Below are positions 35,661-37,787 of a stretch of 37,787 bases of DNA, piece after piece (positions within the stretch are counted from its first letter, which is position 1; each line of letters begins with the position of its first letter). This DNA is from Oscillospiraceae bacterium (GTDB taxonomy: Bacteria; Bacillota; Clostridia; Oscillospirales; Acutalibacteraceae). The translations under genes were made by a program, and so were the position numbers. Location: assembly GCA_902796165.1 (NCBI GenBank), contig CADBOD010000020.1, positions 1 through 37,787 of the forward strand, given 5' to 3'. The notes under the pieces are model-generated. The model was not told where the DNA came from. It was given only the letters and a program-made list of their open reading frames with translations, and made no database searches.

Positions 35661-36559
35661 GCAGAGAATTACGAAAGTATAAAAATATGGTAGTCGCAAT
35701 AATTGCGGCTGCCATATTGATTTTAACCCTTATCGGTCATATAACCGATGCCTTTGATGACATTAAAAGCTACTTATTCAAAAAGCCGATTGAAAACAAG
35801 AATTCTTATGTTGAAATGCTCGATGTAGGGCAAGGAGACAGTATTCTTCTTTTCAGTGGCGGCAAAGCGGCTCTTATTGATACCGGTATAAAGTCTTATG
35901 CCGACGAGGTGGCTGACACACTTAAAACCAAAGGCATCAAAAAACTCGATTATATGATAATTTCCCACAACCACAACGATCATATGGGCGGAATTGTACC
36001 GCTCACAGAAGAATTTGCGGTAAAAACCCTTATAATTCCCGATCTTTCAAAAACAGATGAGCGCACAGATAAAATGCAGACCGCCATATCAAATGTAAAA
36101 AACAACGGCGGTAAGAGCGTTACTGCGAAAAAAGGTATGAATTACACCTTAGGAGATTTCAACCTCACGGTTATAGGCTGCTACTATGACGAGGATGATG
36201 AAAATGACCGCAGTATAATAATCAGTGCAAAAATCGGAAAGTGGAAATTTTTATTCACGGGAGATGCGCAGGAGCCTACCGAGCGCCGACTTATCGAAGA
36301 CGGTGCGGATATTAAATGCGATGTGCTTAAAGTGGGCCACCACGGCAGTATGTACGGCACGAGCGAGGAGTTTTTAAAAGCCTGCTCGCCCACCCTTGCC
36401 ATGATATCGTGCGGCAGAGGCAACAGGTATTCTCATCCGCACGATATAGTACTGTTACGGCTGAAAGAAGCCGGCGTTCAATTTAATCGCACTGATTTAA
36501 ACGGAAACACAACCTACATAATTGACGAAAAGGAAATCAAGGTAAACACGCAAAAATAG
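35657..36559 (+). CDS. Membrane-anchored ComEC-type metallo-beta-lactamase-fold hydrolase (stand-alone MBL domain)
   Basis: One N-terminal TM, then LDVGQGDSILL, HNHNDHMGG (HxHxDH), FTGDA and LKVGHHGS, as in the C-terminal domain of ComEC/Rec2. The ATG overlaps the ftsK stop (ATGA). Confidence 0.8.
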   Translation: MSRELRKYKNMVVAIIAAAILILTLIGHITDAFDDIKSYLFKKPIENKNSYVEMLDVGQGDSILLFSGGKAALIDTGIKSYADEVADTLKTKGIKKLDYMIISHNHNDHMGGIVPLTEEFAVKTLIIPDLSKTDERTDKMQTAISNVKNNGGKSVTAKKGMNYTLGDFNLTVIGCYYDEDDENDRSIIISAKIGKWKFLFTGDAQEPTERRLIEDGADIKCDVLKVGHHGSMYGTSEEFLKACSPTLAMISCGRGNRYSHPHDIVLLRLKEAGVQFNRTDLNGNTTYIIDEKEIKVNTQK

Positions 36560-36589
36560 TCACTTTCTACTCTCAGTAGAGAATAATAA

Positions 36590-36640
36590 AATGGCTCTAT
36601 TCGGTAAAAACTTATCGGTAGAGCCATTTTTCTTTTTGTA
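36590..36640 (+). terminator. Putative terminator after the MBL gene
   Basis: 10-bp stem aatggctcta / tagagccatt with a long 19-nt loop, followed by TTTTTCTTTTT. Confidence 0.55.
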
Positions 36641-36642
36641 GG

Positions 36643-36671
36643 GTGACAGTATATTGCGGATTTGTTAAAAT
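36643..36671 (+). promoter_or_regulatory. Sigma-A-type promoter (extended -10) for degV
   Basis: GTGACA (36643-48), 17-nt spacer ending in TGT, TAAAAT (36666-71). Confidence 0.5.
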
Positions 36672-36719
36672 ATCTGTGTTCGCGGAAAACCGCAAAAACA
36701 AATATAAGAGGTGCTTTTT

Positions 36720-37619
36720 ATGGAAACCAATTTTTTGCTTTCATGTGAGTCAACCGTCGATTTACCTTTTTCTTATATTTCAGGCAGAAATATTGAGGTG
36801 CTTTTTTACACCTATACGGTTGACGGTGTGGAATACGATGATGATATGGGGCGCGATCCGAAGGCGCTTGACCGCTTTTACGGATTTATGGAGAACGGAA
36901 AGTTTCCTGCCACATCTCAGATAAATGTTTATAAATATCAGGATTATTTTGAGTCGCTTTTGAATAAATATGACGGGGACATAATCCATGTTGCTATGGG
37001 CTCGGGTATGTCGCCCTCGGTAAATAATGCGATAGAAGCCGCGGAAAATCTCAAAGAAAAATATCCCGAAAGAAATGTTAAGGTTATAGATTCTCTCTGC
37101 TCCTGCGGCGGTTACGGTATTCTTGTTGACCTTGCGGCAGATTTGCGAGATGAGGGGAAAACCTTTGACGAAGCGGTCGAGTGGTTAGAAAACAACAAAA
37201 GCCGCATACATCATCAGTTTTTCTCGTCAGATCTTAAATACTTTAAGCGAAGCGGAAGAGTATCGGGAGCTACGGCAACGGTTGCCACAATACTCGGCAT
37301 TTGTCCGATAATGCATCTTAATTCAACAGGTCATATCATAGCATACAGTAAGGTGCGCGGCAAGAAAAAGGCAATTAAAACAACCGTAGATACAATGCTT
37401 AACGATGTAGAAGAGGGCCGCGATTATAACGGCAAGTGCGTTCTATGCCACTCTAACTGTATAGAAGATGCCGAAGAAACTATAAAGCTGGTAAAAGAAA
37501 CCTTCCCGAAGCTCAAAGAGGTAAAGCTATCAAACATCGGCACTATTATAGCTTCTCACACAGGTCCCGGCACGGTAGCGCTTTTCTTTGTGGGCAAACC
37601 GAGAGTTGGCTTGGATTGA
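36720..37619 (+). CDS. DegV-family fatty-acid-binding protein
   Basis: DegV pattern: LSCESTVDLP, IHVAMGSGMSPS, FFSSDLKYFKRSGRVSGA, IASHTGPGTVALFF. Start trimmed to ATG 36720, with GAGGTG 6 nt upstream. Confidence 0.88.
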   Translation: METNFLLSCESTVDLPFSYISGRNIEVLFYTYTVDGVEYDDDMGRDPKALDRFYGFMENGKFPATSQINVYKYQDYFESLLNKYDGDIIHVAMGSGMSPSVNNAIEAAENLKEKYPERNVKVIDSLCSCGGYGILVDLAADLRDEGKTFDEAVEWLENNKSRIHHQFFSSDLKYFKRSGRVSGATATVATILGICPIMHLNSTGHIIAYSKVRGKKKAIKTTVDTMLNDVEEGRDYNGKCVLCHSNCIEDAEETIKLVKETFPKLKEVKLSNIGTIIASHTGPGTVALFFVGKPRVGLD

Positions 37620-37658
37620 TATTTGCGGCTTAATCAACAAATCATATATTTTAAAGAT

Positions 37659-37692
37659 AACCCGGTGAAGAAAATCTTCACCGGGTTTTTAT
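37659..37692. terminator. Rho-independent terminator after degV (probably bidirectional)
   Basis: 12-bp stem aacccggtgaag / cttcaccgggtt with a 5-nt loop, followed by TTTTAT on the plus strand. Confidence 0.85.
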
Positions 37693-37787
37693 ATGCCTAT
37701 TATATTAGGCTTACGCTCGACAAGGACAAAATGGTTTTGAAGGGCAAAATTTCCGTCGGGCTTTGCCTCAAAACTTGAAATACGCCG
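37689..37787 (-). CDS. 3' end of an unidentified convergent CDS (partial, runs off the window end)
   Basis: One minus-strand frame is open to TAA at 37691-37689 (...RRISSFEAKPDGNFALQNHFVLVERKPNIIGI*) and ends at the shared terminator. A second minus frame is also open over this stretch, so the frame choice is tentative. Confidence 0.3.
   Translation of the reverse strand, partial: RRISSFEAKPDGNFALQNHFVLVERKPNIIGI

Noticed and set aside
1-37787. Window-wide look for CRISPR arrays, IS elements or transposases, integrases, prophage genes, toxin-antitoxin pairs and known defence genes.
   Set aside because: I recognised no regularly spaced direct repeats, terminal inverted repeats, recombinase or transposase motifs, or nuclease/ATPase/methylase defence signatures. 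The gene content is essentially core housekeeping.

Overview
This is a 37.8-kb chromosomal segment from a spore-forming Firmicute of class Clostridia. A dockerin-bearing LRR protein, a SipL/SpoVID-like coat protein and the pyrH-frr-uppS-cdsA-dxr-rseP-ispG-polC gene order suggest an Oscillospiraceae/Ruminococcus-like organism, but that is inference; no database search was run. The window is about 93% coding and almost entirely core housekeeping. It contains valS and a GyrB/GyrA-family type IIA topoisomerase pair that looks topo IV-like. It also contains an M23/G5 peptidase, polC, the isoprenoid/lipid/translation cluster, rpsU, and the normally origin-proximal rpmH-rnpA-yidD-yidC-jag cluster. 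The right-hand part holds one tRNA-Ala(GGC), ruvX, tepA-like, ftsK/spoIIIE, a stand-alone ComEC-type MBL protein and degV. I saw no mobile elements, CRISPR arrays, integrases or recognisable defence genes. All calls rest on motifs read from the supplied translations plus SD sites, promoters and hairpins read from the DNA. Several ORF-track starts were trimmed to SD-supported starts. The most unusual observations are these: (1) the PolC ORF lacks the DnaQ-like proofreading exonuclease insert found in canonical PolC; (2) a five-gene operon runs DUF3592 / DUF3592-fusion / membrane PP2C phosphatase / STAS / GtrA, a partner-switching pair with no kinase or sigma factor nearby; (3) two matching inverted repeats (GTTRCAA-N2-TTGTAAC, 41 bp apart) bracket the promoter of the M23 peptidase gene; (4) the rpmH cluster is uncoupled from dnaA/oriC. 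None of these amounts to a clear new 'system'. They are leads that need homology searches and comparison with related genomes.
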